A stretch of 59,063 nt of DNA, filler included, from Sphacelaria rigidula (Eukaryota): the NCBI GenBank assembly GCA_964200075.2. It is 2 parts of 2 records of this genome, joined end to end, with 100 filler letters (N's around TTAATTAATTAA, not from the genome) between each part and the next. Parts side by side here need not be neighbours in the genome. Positions count along the whole stretch, not along the records: positions 1 to 29,501 come from CAXNAA020000079.1; 1 more part is not named here. One strand, written 5' to 3'. The notes below the pieces were generated by a model, which was not told where the DNA came from, ran no database searches, and saw only the letters and a list, made by a program, of their open reading frames with translations. Below are positions 1 through 11,800 of the stretch, piece after piece. A program made the translations under genes and the position numbers. The first letter of the stretch is position 1. The number at the start of each line of letters is the position of its first letter.

Positions 1-149
1 TGCGTACAGTATGGAATATATTGTCTATTGCAATAGACAATATATTCCATACTGTACGCAGTACATTTTTTGACCGTGTATTCTATTGTGCAATAGACAA
101 TATATTCCATACTGTACGCAGTACATTTTTTGACCGTGTATTCTATTGT
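1..149. repeat. Perfect 60-bp palindrome (1-60) overlapping a 2x60-bp tandem duplication (30-89, 90-149)
   Basis: 1-30 TGCGTACAGTATGGAATATATTGTCTATTG is the exact reverse complement of 31-60. GCAATAGACAATATATTCCATACTGTACGCAGTACATTTTTTGACCGTGTATTCTATTGT occurs twice in tandem. The structure may continue beyond the window start. Confidence 0.9.
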
Positions 150-509
150 CGAGGGTATGGAAGGTTTGTTTAGCCTGACTCAGATCCAGAGTGAGGATGA
201 AGGTTTGAGCACGCTCGCTGCGATGTGTCCTCGTGACGAAGCAGAGTTACGAGAGACTTGGGGAGCCGCCGTAACTCGTGCGTCGGTTCAAGAGGCAGAG
301 CAGAAGTCAAAACAAGACCCTGGTGGTGGGCAGGTTGCAACTAAGGAGCCACGGATACCAGGTAGAGGTAACCCTCAGACCGTTCTCGAGGAGGCGAGAG
401 CAATTCTGATGGATGAGCCGCGATTAGTTTGCTGCAAGAGCGGGACTCCCGACTTGGGCCCATCAGGGATAGGGTAGTGTAGGAGAACAGGAACGAAGGA
501 ACAGGAAAG

Positions 510-1700
510 AGGCAGGAAGCGTACGTTCTAAATGATGACGATCTTTCATGGTATACCTCACCTAGAGCGCCAGGTAAGTTTGATATTCCACGCAGTCTAG
601 TGCCTGGCCTGCTGGCGTTGGTGCACACTACGCATTGGCACGCCAGAGTAATGAGGACGACTGCAGTGGTCAACGCACGCTATGCGTGTCCCAGTCGTTT
701 CGCCGACACTCGAAAATACGTGATGTCTTGCGGATTTCGCCGACGCAAGCGCACTAATAGTCACACCACAACCATGCGACCCGCCTGCTTCTTGCAGGAG
801 TCATCCTACGGTAGGGTGTGTACTCATGATCATGCATGCCATAGTCATCAGACCATTGGCCTCGCGATAGGGGGGGGGGGTATTTGATTGCACGAAAAAA
901 AAGGCTAATAAGTGTGCCAGATGACCTGCCACACTCGCGATGCGCTTGTATTTGGTTCAAAACGGTGTCAATCGGTATGAATGGGGGTTATTTATCTATA
1001 ACAAGCTCGTTCGATCAACCGTTGCTGATTTCAGCGGCGATTTGCCTTGGAATTTCGTGCATGAAGTGGCCCAAAATACCCCCCCCCTATCGTAGGATGG
1101 CTCGCAGCCCTGGGAGATGATGCAAATGGACATGTCGGACATGAAGCAGATTTCTACTTTTGGTCATAGGTACTTGTTGGTTCTTGTGGATCGAGCGGCC
1201 AAGTTTCTCCTTGCTTCCCCACTAGCAGCCAATACTACTGGGCACGTAGCTAAGTGTCTGCTAAAACTGTTCTTGGCGTTCGAAATATTCTATTTCATCT
1301 GAAGTGACGCCGCGGACGAGTTCATTTCGGACGTATTAATCCATGTATGTCATGTGGATGAAGGCGTAACTGGACGGTGGTCGCGCAGATCACCCTCGCG
1401 ATCAGGGCGCGGTGGAAAGATACGGAGGGTGGTTTCATGGCGTCTTAGCCGAGCTATCTAAGCAGTGGCTGGAATGGTGGAACGAGTATGTGGATCATGC
1501 TGTATGGATTCATCGTACTACTCCCGATTCGTCCCTGCCTAATAACCCAACGACATTTATGCTGCGTTTGAGCGCGAGCCTCGCACCTAAATCGACTTTG
1601 TGTCACCTGAAGCAGAATCCTTACCGTTACAGTAACACGGTATAGAGCAACAGCGACAGACTTTGAAGGAGGTTCATGAGCGGTTAACCCAACGCCAACG
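510..1700 (+). pseudogene. Degenerate Ty3/Gypsy integrase remnant (Zn-binding region plus rve core)
   Basis: Translations across frames give YVLNDDDLSWY..IPRSLVPGLLALVHTTHWHARV..KYVMSCGFRRRKR (decayed HHCC region), PWEMMQMD..HRYLLVLVDRAAKF, SDAADEF, DHPRDQGAVERYGGW..WNEYVDHAVWIHRTTP. It contains stops and frameshifts and is interrupted by a MITE at 798-1103. Confidence 0.85.
798..1103. mobile_element. 306-bp non-autonomous TIR element (MITE) with 4-bp TSD; Sola2-like termini
   Basis: Left end GAGTCATCCTACGGTAGGG matches the right-end reverse complement GAGCCATCCTACGATAGGG at 17/19. GCAG is duplicated at 794-797 and 1104-1107. Removing the element restores the integrase frame FLQ|PWE. The superfamily call (GRG termini, 4-bp TSD) is tentative. 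Confidence 0.8.
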
Positions 1701-2348
1701 GCGTAGGGAAGAGGTGAGATCATGGGTGATAACAATCGACACAAAAGTCCCAAGTTTGAATCACCATGTGACGGACAGACAGGTTGGTGGGCTCTCTGGC
1801 TTGTCCGTGCACTAGTTCGTTTTTACTGATGCCTCAATTGCATGGCTGCGCAAGCACTGTGATGTTGGATCTTCACAAGACAGGGCATAACATGAATTTT
1901 CGCTACTTCAATCAAACCTGCGGCATATTTATCCATGCACAGTACGGTATATGCATTGCTTTGTGTATACTGGCCCACTATTATCGCACAGCAAAACGTT
2001 TTCCCGCACAAGGGATTATCAGTTTAACGTAGAACAGCTCATCCTGAATGTCAGGGTGTCTTCTTCACAGCTTCAAGGCGACGAGCTTCTCTTTTGTAGT
2101 GGTGATTTATAGTGCCTCAATCAATTCACAAGCTCTTCGTTCTTGCTCAGAGAGAGTGCAAAATCAAGGGTCGTGTCGGGTCATGCAACCACGGCGCGCA
2201 CGGAGGCGTGTCCATTACAACGGACACCCTTCCTCTCCTGTAGTTGGAATACCCGTAGGTCGCATCAACTAGCCCTCGGAACCCGTCAGTCGAATGGCTG
2301 GGCTCATCCTCGTATTACTCTTCCACCATTACACCGCGATCCATAACA

Positions 2349-2510
2349 TTACTGGGATTTCCGCCCCCTCATACTGGCGGATACTGGCGGTACTGGGCAT
2401 TTCAGCGTCCCATACTGGTGCACACTTGCGATACTGCGTATTTTTATTGTCTCAGACTAGTTCATACTGGCGGATACTGGGACAATTGGTAATATTACGG
2501 TACTGGCGAT
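2349..2510 (+). repeat. Degenerate ATACTGG-motif minisatellite block
   Basis: Repeated ATACTGGCGG/TACTGGG motifs of the same family as 2985-3430. Confidence 0.6.
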
Positions 2511-2984
2511 TTTCGTTGGTTCCTTCGCTTGCCACTGTTTATCACATTTGGGACCTGAAGATACTAGTATCCGCTCCACATTCCAAAACAATATCATCTG
2601 TACTAAATAATGAAAGACTTACGGGCTGACCGGTCATCGGGGTCCTGACACGTTTCAGTCCAGATTCCGTCTCTTCGGTATTCTCGGTCGATCGAGCATA
2701 TCTTCATCGTATCTATGAAGAAATGAAGAGTTTTGAATTTTACTTCCCCTACTTATTGCACTAGAGCCAAATAATTGCATTTCGCGATCAATAACACCCT
2801 CCAGATAAACGGCGTATCTACTTTTTTCGCCGATAACATCGACTAACACTAACTTTGGCATTGTGTTTAGACGACGATTTGTTTATTTATTCAAAATCTA
2901 TCGACGATAGCAAATTCGACTCCTATCGAAGAGTAAATAGTCCGAACTTAGGCCGTGCCCATTTCGAACGTGGATACTATATTT

Positions 2985-3430
2985 CGATACTGGATATTTC
3001 GCAGCCTCTTTGGCGGTACTGGGTATTTCGTCGTCTCATACTGGCGGATACTGGCGATACTGGGTATTTCGCCGCCTCATACGGGCGGATACTGACGATA
3101 CTGGGTAATTCGCCGCCCCGTACTCGCGGATACTGGCAATACTGGGTATTCTGCGGCTGAATACTGGTGAATACTGGCGGATACTGGGTAGTTCGCCGCC
3201 TCACACTGGCGATACCGGCGATACTGGGTATTTTGCCGCCTTATACTGGCGGATACCGGCGATACTGGGTAATTCGCTGCCTTATACTGGCGGATACTGG
3301 CGATACTGGGGGTTTTGCTGCCTTGCACAGGCGGATAAAGGCGATACTGCGTATTTTTGCTGTCTTGTACGGGTGGATACTGGCCGTGCCCAGTAAACGG
3401 GCACGGTAGATACTCTACTGGATACTGGCA
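2985..3430 (+). repeat. 41-bp minisatellite (about 10 copies) built from ATACTGG sub-motifs
   Basis: Unit ATACTGGCGGATACTGGCGATACTGGGTATTTCGCCGCCTC recurs at 3038, 3079, 3120 and onward (period 41). Confidence 0.9.
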
Positions 3431-3629
3431 CCGTACGGGATACGGGGAGCACCTTTGGAAAATTCGTCATTGATATACACGTGGTCCTTCGCAATAGAGT
3501 TCGCAAAATTTTATCAGTATAACTGGCCAGTGGCAATGGATTCTCCAAGGTTTTAATCTGTAAGGTTCGGTTTTCTGTATACCCGGGGCATTCTTCCGAG
3601 TATGTACCGTACCCGACAGTTCTGTGACT

Positions 3630-3855
3630 TGTGACGCCAGCCAAAAGAATGACTGGTGGATCACTGTTGTTGAGGGACTCCCCAGTCTTACTGGCCTCAG
3701 TTTCAGTTGTCAGCCTTTACAACATTCTCATTATTCAGGAGTGCCCTCGTAGGCACAGCCTCCTAGACACGCCAGGGTATCAACCTATTATAGTGTACAC
3801 GGTCATTATCTAGATCATCACTACCAACTCAACGTAACGGCGTCTTTTCGTCACA
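3630..3855 (-). repeat. 3' LTR (226 bp) of the Gypsy element
   Basis: Bounded by inverted termini TGTGACG...CGTCACA. On the minus strand it is preceded by a G-rich PPT-like tract (TTTGGGGGTGC) about 75 bp after the pol stop at 3930. No second copy is present to confirm it. Confidence 0.75.
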
Positions 3856-3929
3856 GCACCCCCAAAGCGCGTTGGATGAAAATCGATCAACAAGCTTGAC
3901 CCATAGAAAACGACAAAACGACGAGTAAG

Positions 3930-6900
3930 TCACAACTGAATGCCAAACTCACTCGTAATGCGAGCAGCAACGGTACGAGTCACGCGCAATGTACGCATCT
4001 CCTTTGCAAGAAATTCCAGAGCGGCGTCGAAAATACCCTTGAAAGGCTCCCACGTACGCTACTCAAATTCGAAATTAACCCAGTCGACCGACACGATCAA
4101 CGAACGATCGTCTGCTTCTGCCACTCGGACAATACCAGCCATCTGAAATTGCCCCTGATAGAAAGCATGCTGAAACAGGCCCTTGACATCAGCCGTAAAA
4201 TGAAGCTGCGACTCTGCACAAAAACGCAAACGAGCTACATGGGCGGTCTGAACACGACCCGAAACAATGTTCCGAGTCTCAAACACGTGCGGGTGGTGAG
4301 CCCCAACCACTCTCCATGGACCAGTCCACGTCGCCATCAACTTGGGCGTACCGCCCGGACGACGCACGCGTGCATGCAAGACATAGTCGCCTACCTCGAA
4401 ATTCGGCAGGATCAACCCCGACGAGGACCCCTCTCGTCTACGCGCACGTTCAGTGGCAACACGTTCCTGCACTTGAACCTGGAAACATTATTGCAAGTCC
4501 AAGACTCCTTGCAATGCACGCTTAATTTGACCATCGTCCAGAACATCACATTTCTATTCCCCCGCCGACGAGGATGCCAACACCGAGAAAGACGTCCGAG
4601 GAGCACGATCAAACATCACATGGTACGGCGTACTATCGTAACGACGACGATATGCTGTATTGAGCGCCCATTGCACCGCAGGCAATACGTCCAACCACTC
4701 AGAAACCGCTCTACGCTGCTCAAGAAGAATAGAGCAAAGAGCACGAGCTACTTCGTTGACCTTGCGTTCGCACGCGCCAGTAGACCATGGAGAATACGCC
4801 ACCGCAAGCTGGTGATCAACAGGCAACGCCACCGCAAGCTGGTGATCAACAGGCAAAGCTTCTCGCGATCGGGCCAAGATCGCATTCTTAAAATGCGTGG
4901 CGGTATCACTCACCCACACACGGGGCACCCCCAAAGTTTGCACCAATTAGGCACAGATGTAGCAGTCGATTCAGGGGTACACACTGCTACTGGTCTCAGA
5001 GCCACAAAGTTGCTCAAATCATCCATGATCACCAATATGTATCGAAACCCAGCATCCTCCGGTAGACCTTGGGAAGCTAGCGGGCCCCTCTCGCCCACGT
5101 ACAAGAGGTCAGAGTGAACGACTTCATTCGGCGTGGTCCCGTGGACCGTTTCGCCGAGCTTGCGGGGAACAACATCGCCCGCCCTCGGGTCGGCACAGTG
5201 AAGACACCGGCGGACAAATTCGCGCAGATGACTTCTTATCCCCTGCCAGACACAGAACTCTTGCAAGCGCACGAGCGTCGCAGGCACATCACGATGCCCG
5301 GCGTCGCGCATGTGCGCGCAAATAATCAGACGTTCCTGCAACTGCTTGTCAGAACTCGGAATCCACGAAACGTTTCGGCCACGCACATGCACACGAAACA
5401 GACCTTCATTGTCCCGGATAGCAGTACCAACGTCCGACTCGAAAGGTTGCACATCCGCATCTTCGGCCCCAAGGTCTTTACGTTGCGCTCGGCGGACAAC
5501 AGATTTGGACGGCGTCGAGTCATCAGGTTCACACGGACCATGCACAGCCACAGCGCGCATAGGCAAAGCCGGAATATTCACCAAACGCAAAAGCAAGTTA
5601 GTTACCCCACGCGTGACGGTCACCCGAAATATGGCAAATCAAGTAACATTACTGACCAAGACCAGCTTTCCAACCTTCCAAACGTTGTACCAATGCTTTT
5701 GACACAGACGTAACGCACGCTTCTGGGTTGAAAATATACACGGGATCTCGGTGAGCCGTGAAAAGGTGCACGCCATCCCACAAAAGATGCTCCAAACGAC
5801 GAAAAGCGCTTACGATAGCAATCCTTCCTTATCAATTGAGGCCCAACGCAACTGCGAACCATTAGAATTACCACTGAGGAAAGCCAGCGGTTCATGCGTC
5901 ATGCCCTCAACCGGCAGGCGTCTTTGTATTTCCACTTTAGGCACCTGCGTAACGAAACTACCCCAATGACACTCAGATGCATCCGGAAACATTAACACCT
6001 GACAATCACGACGAGGATGAAACAGCGTCACGACGTGAGCCACCAGATCCTTCGCTGCCGCCCACGCCTGCAACCTGCCCTCCGTCCACGATGCAGGCTG
6101 AATAGCGCGGCTTTTTGCAACACGCTTCGTCCGCCTCGCAGCACCCGCCATGAGTTCTTCGAGGAAAAAACGCAAGGGAACTACGGTTTCTGCCATACGC
6201 GGCAACGAGGTTCGCAGCCAATTCACGGCCTGCAAAAATTGCGTGAGTTCTGTGGCCGTCTCCGGGCGCCGCGTGTCAGACAAGCCTTGCAATCTGACAG
6301 GGTCATCAGATACGAGTCCGTGTGAGTACACTTTCCCACACCAGACGAGTTCACTAGGGACGAAAGTGCATTTGTGCGCCGCCGCGAACAAACCAACATT
6401 CTCCAAACGGGCCAAGATAGCATCAAGCGTGTCTGAGCGTTCGTCTTCCGTGTCCGCGAAGAAAAACACGTCATCCACCCATATCTTGCATTTCAAGCCG
6501 ACAAGCAGTTCTGTCATGATACCTTGAAAATATGCTGTGGCATTCAACACGCCTTGCGGCACTCGCTTCGAGGTAAATAAGCCTAACGGGGTCGTTCGTG
6601 ATTGTGAAAATCTCCTGCGCCTCCTCCACCAACGGCATCTACCAATAACCTTGGAGGAGATCCAACTTGCCAAAAAACGAGCACTCAAAAGATCACGCCT
6701 GTCCGACTCTTGATTGGGCTTGATTGGGCATCATACCCGGCGACTTCTCGACCTGATCATTTACGGCCTTGTAGTCGCTTACCAGGCGAAATGGGTCTCT
6801 CTTGGGAACCGCCATCGCCGGACTGGACCATACCGCCTGCAGGTTCCGGACTACCAACCCAAGCGTCAAAAGAGCCGCCATGCACGGGGCCAACCAGCTC

Positions 6901-7712
6901 GACTTCACCGGATCGTACCGCCGCGGCTTCGCCTTCACCGTGGATGCCCCAGGTTTAACCTGAACACGCATGGGCTCCACGCGCGCAGGGGGATCACCCC
7001 GCAGCGCAAGACGAAACGCGTTGACGAGGCGATGCAGTATGCCGCGCAGGCGTTCCGCTTTGGGGACGCTGAGGCCTTTCGCCACAGCATCCATCACGCT
7101 CTCCTCCAGCGCGACCTTCCGAGCGGACTCCTCTTTCGCCGGGTCCATGAACATGTCCGGACCGCGCTCTACTAAGCCTTCCACCGCCGTATCCCGCTCC
7201 TCGGTAACCTGCCCTCCAGTCTCCTGAAAAGCATCCACCGACTAACTCACGCGACGACTGCCCAAAAAGGCGGGCGTCCTCACGTGCGGACCAGGCGGAA
7301 ATATCCGCGTCTTGATGGAGTCCTTCAACCGCTCATACGGTTCGACTCCTAGATCCTATAGCGTCGGCAGCCCTAGAAGAACAACGCCATCCGACCCTAG
7401 TATAATCGCAACCGAGATCGGAGGCAACTGCGCCAGCCCCCAAGCAGTCTTAAAAGCTAGCTTCAACGGAACAGTACGCTCTGTGACGTAAACATGCTGA
7501 ACTGACGCGGTGACGGCCTGCCGCGCCCCGAGCGAAAACGGGATGCGCAGCGGCACACCCAGGAGTTGACGCTCCAGCATCTCAACCATCTGCACCGGCA
7601 GACTCGTGAAATGGGCGCCAGGATCCAACACAGACCGAACCACAATGGCTCCACGCTGCCGTTGATTCGAAAGACATGACTCCGCAGGAATGTATCTGTC
7701 GGCAAGCTCCAC
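3930..7712 (-). pseudogene. pol: Gypsy pol (protease, RT, RNase H, integrase, chromodomain), frameshifted
   Basis: Protease VLDPGAHFTSL; RT WSSPAMAVPK..FRLVSDYKAVN, VPQGVLNATAYFQ, IWVDDVFF; RNase H MFPDASECHWG..PLAFLSG; integrase ICAHMRDAGHR..CLHC, YILVIMDDLSNF, WVSDTATHFKN, YSPWSTGACER, KLMATWTGPWRV (GPY/F); chromodomain-like VSVDWVNFEFE*RTWEP. Confidence 0.95.
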
Positions 7713-7749
7713 GGGGAATTCTTCCGCTGATCGATGCCGCTAATCCCAC

Positions 7750-8831
7750 TTGACGCCACGGCTGCGCAAGCTTCGCAGGTGGAGACGCCCCGGCAGAATC
7801 AAATGGCACCGCCGGTGGGTACGCCCCCTAGCCAGCAAGCCAAGAATTTGGCGAACCTCCAACCAGCGCATCAACTGCTGCCGGTGTCGCCGCCGGCGCC
7901 ACCGCCGGCGCCGGCGGAGTGTTCGACTCTGTAGAAGCCGATCCTACCTCCACCACCCGTTGCAGAGCAGCAGCACCTACGGCGGCGCCGGACCCAGAGC
8001 CAGGCCCATGCTGACGCCGCTGCCCTTACTGCTGCTGCAGGTTCTGCTGCTGCTGGGGCTGCTGCTGAGGGCTCGCCGGCGACCCTCCATCGCCGGAGGA
8101 TCCGCCGCCGCCACCACCACCCCGATACCTCGTCTTTTGCCCTTGTGCTACAATGCTGATGGCGCGCGGCACTAGACTGCCCAGACTCTCCACCGGAAGA
8201 CGTTGGGCAATCACGCGCGTAATGGCCGACCTGGTCACAGCGCTGGCAAGCAATACTCGCGGCGCGACCGGCCGATTTCGAGCCATGGTTGCGCAAAGAT
8301 TTCGGCGAAGAGGTGGACGACTAGCCTAAAACCTCTATTTGCCGTCACTCCTTGGCCTCGGCCACGACAGTGCTGATCACCAGGTATGGGTCGGCCTTCC
8401 AGTTTGTTTGGTGCCGCCGCTTGATAAGCACGGCTTGCTTGAATTTTTCCGGTCCCAACCCTTCAACCGAAGCCATAGTGATTACTGCTGCCGGGCCGGG
8501 AATAAACTCACCATCGGGGGAACGATATACTAGTTCTACGATCAGGTTTTCCGTGCAGTACTTCTCCAAATTTGCCAGGATGGGCTCCACCCGCTCCAAC
8601 ATCGTTATCGCCCGAGAATTCATGGCGACAGTGTTCGCCACGGCCGCGGACGCTTGGGTCAGATCTACCTCAGCGCCCGCCGCATGCCCAGCACGCTTTT
8701 TGATCGCTGCAACCAACTACGGCGGGGTGATATTGCCCTCATCATGTTCCAAACAAGCGAACACTCTATGTACGTGAGTTGCACTTGTTGAGCCATAGTC
8801 ACCACCTGATGCCGCACGGCACCCCCCGCAT
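7750..8831 (-). pseudogene. gag: Gypsy gag fragment with CCHC zinc knuckle
   Basis: CQRCDQVGHYARDC (CX2CX4HX4C) at about 8210-8251, followed by G/Q-rich low-complexity sequence. Upstream broken frames continue to the satellite boundary. Confidence 0.85.
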
Positions 8832-11800
8832 TACTCCAACACACCCAGGGAGGTACAATATCCGCTGTGAGCTGATATGGGATATTTTGCAAAAGCGAAA
8901 ATTTGTTCGGGACAGCGAATATCTCTTGAAACTGCAAACATATCATCGGGAGAAAGCCGCCAAACGTACTCTAACACACCCAGGAAGGTTCAATATCCGC
9001 TGGGAGCTGAAATGATATACTTTGCAGAAGCGAACATTTCTTTGAATAGCGGATAACGTCGGGAGAAAGCCGCCGAACGTACTCTAACACACCCTGGGAG
9101 GTACAATATCCGCTGAGAGCTGAAATGGGATATTTTGCATGAGCAATTATTTCTTGGAACGGCGACTTTTCCTTGAAACAACGAATATTATGGGGACAAA
9201 GCCGCCAAACGTACTTTAACACACCCAGGGAGATACATTGCAAAAGCAAGCATTTCTTTGAACAGCGAATATCATCGGGAGAGTGCCAGCAAACGCACTC
9301 GAACACACCCTGGGAGGTACAATATCCGCTGAGAGCAAAACTGGGATATTTTTCAAAAGCGAATGTTTCGTGGAACAGCGAATATTCCTTGGAACAACAA
9401 ATATTGAGGGGAGAAAGCCGCCAAACGTACTCTAACACACCCAGGGAGGTACAATATCGGCTGTGAGCTGAACTGGGATACTTTCCAAAAGCGAACATTT
9501 GTTTGGAACAGCGAGCATTTGTTGGAACCGCAAATATCATGGAGAGAACGGCGCCAAAGGTACTCGAACACACCCGGGGGGGTACAGTATCCGCTGAGGG
9601 CTCATATGGGATATTTTGCGACAGCGAATATTTCTTGGAACAACGAATATCTGTTGGTACAGCGACTATCAAGGGGATAAAACCGAGAAACGTACTGTGA
9701 CACACCTAGGGAGCTACAATATCCACTGTGAGCTGATATGGGATATTCGACATGAGCGAATGTTTCTTGGAACAGCGGATGTTTCTTGGCACAGCGAATA
9801 TCATCGGGAGAAAGCCGGCAAACGTACTCTGGCACACCCAGGGAGGTACGATATCCGCATTGGGCAGATATGGAATATTTTGCAAAAGTGAATATTTGTA
9901 GGAACAGCGAATATTTGTAGGAACAACGTATATTTGTTGGTTCAGCGTATATCAAGGGGATAAAACCAAGAGCCGTACTCTGACACACCCAGGGAGGTAC
10001 AATATCTCCTGTGAGCTGATATGAGATATTTTGTAAAAGCGAATATTTCTTGGAACAACATATATTTTTGGAACAGCGATGAACAAGGGGATAAATCCGA
10101 GAAACGTACTCTGACACATCTAGGGAGCTACAATGTTCGCTGTGAGCTGATGTGATATATTTTGCATGAGCCTATGTTTCTTGCAACAGCGAATATTTCT
10201 TGGAACAGCGAATATCATCCGGGAAAAGCCGGCAAACGTACTCTGGCACTCCCAGGGAGGTACGATATCCGCTGTGAGCTGATATGCGATATTTGCAAAA
10301 GCGACTATTTCTTGGAACAGCAAATATTTGTTAGTACAGCGATTATCAAGGGGATAAAACGGAGAAACGTACCCTGACACACCTAGGGAGCCACAATATC
10401 CGCTGGGAGCTGATATGGGACATTTTGCATGAGCGCATGTTTCTTGGAACAGCCAATACTTCTTGAAACAGCGAATATCATCGCGAAAAAGCCGAAAAAC
10501 GTACTCTGGCACACCCAGGGAGGATCAATTTTCGCGAAAAGCTGATATGGGATATTTTGCAAAAGCGAATATTTGTTGGTACAGCGACTATCAAGGGGAT
10601 AAAACCGAGAAACGTGCTCTGACACACCTAGGGAGCTACAATATCCGCTGTGAGCTGCTGTGGAATACTTTGCATGAGCGAGTATTTCTTGGAACAGCGA
10701 ATGTTTCTTGGAACAGCGATATCATCGGGAGAAAGCCGGCAAATGTACTCTGGCACTCCCAGGGAGGTACAATATCCGCATTGGGCTGATATGAGATATT
10801 TTGCAAAAGCGAATATTTGTTGGAACAGCGAATATTTGTTGGTCCAGCGAATATCAAGGGGATAAAACCGAGAAACGTACCCTGACACAGCTAGGGAGCT
10901 ACAACATCTGCTGTGAGCTGCTATGGGATTTTTTTCAGAAGCGAATGTTTCTTGGAACAGCGAATATCATCGGGAAAAAGCCGCAAAAAAAACTCTGACA
11001 CACTCAGGGAGGTTCAATTCCCGCGAAGAGCTGAAGTGGAATATTTTGCAAAAGCGAATATATCTTATAGCAACGAATGTCTGTTGGTACAGCGATATTA
11101 TCAAGGGGATAAAACCGAGAAACGTACTCTGACACACCCAGGGAGGTTCAATTCCCGCGGGAAGCTGAAGTGGGATATTTTGCAAAAGCGAGAATTTCTT
11201 GGAACGACGGATATTTGTTAGTACAGCGTCTATCAAGGGGATAAAACCGAGAAACGTACTCTGACACTCCTAGGGAGCTACGATATCCGCTGTGAGCAGA
11301 TGTGTAAAATTTACCATAAGCGAATGTTTCTTGGAGCAGCGCATGTTTCCTGGAACAGCGAATATCATCGGGATGAGGCCGCAAAACGTACTCCGACACA
11401 GCTAGGGAGCTACGACATCCGCTGTCAGCTGAGATGAGATATTCAACATGGGCGAATATTTCTTGGAACAACGGGGATTTGTTGGTACAGCGAATATCAA
11501 GCGAATAAAACCGAGAAACGTACTCCGACACAGCTAGGGAGCTACGATGTCCGCTGTGAGCTGATATTAGATGTTCTGCATGGGCGAATATTCGTTGGAA
11601 CAGCGAATATTTGTTGGAACAACGGATATTTGTTGGTACAGCGAATATCAAGCGAATTAAACCGAGGAACGTACTCCGACACACCTCGAGAGCTACATTA
11701 TCCGCTGTAAGCTGATATGGGACATTCAACATGAGCAAATGTTTCTTGGAACAGCGATTATCAAGGGGATAACACGGAGAACCGTACTCCGACGCAGCTA

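Larger units (their letters stand above)
3630..8831 (-). mobile_element. Decayed, 5'-truncated Ty3/Gypsy LTR retrotransposon with C-terminal chromodomain (chromovirus-type)
   Basis: Minus-strand order is gag (CCHC)-protease-RT-RNase H-integrase-chromodomain-PPT-LTR. There are many frameshifts and stops. The 5' part of gag runs directly into the satellite and no 5' LTR is seen in the window. Confidence 0.95.

Noticed and set aside
4149-8777. Long plus-strand ORFs (e.g. 322 aa at 4149-5117, 199 aa at 5114-5713)
   Set aside because: Antisense shadows of the GC-rich Gypsy gag-pol with no recognisable domains.
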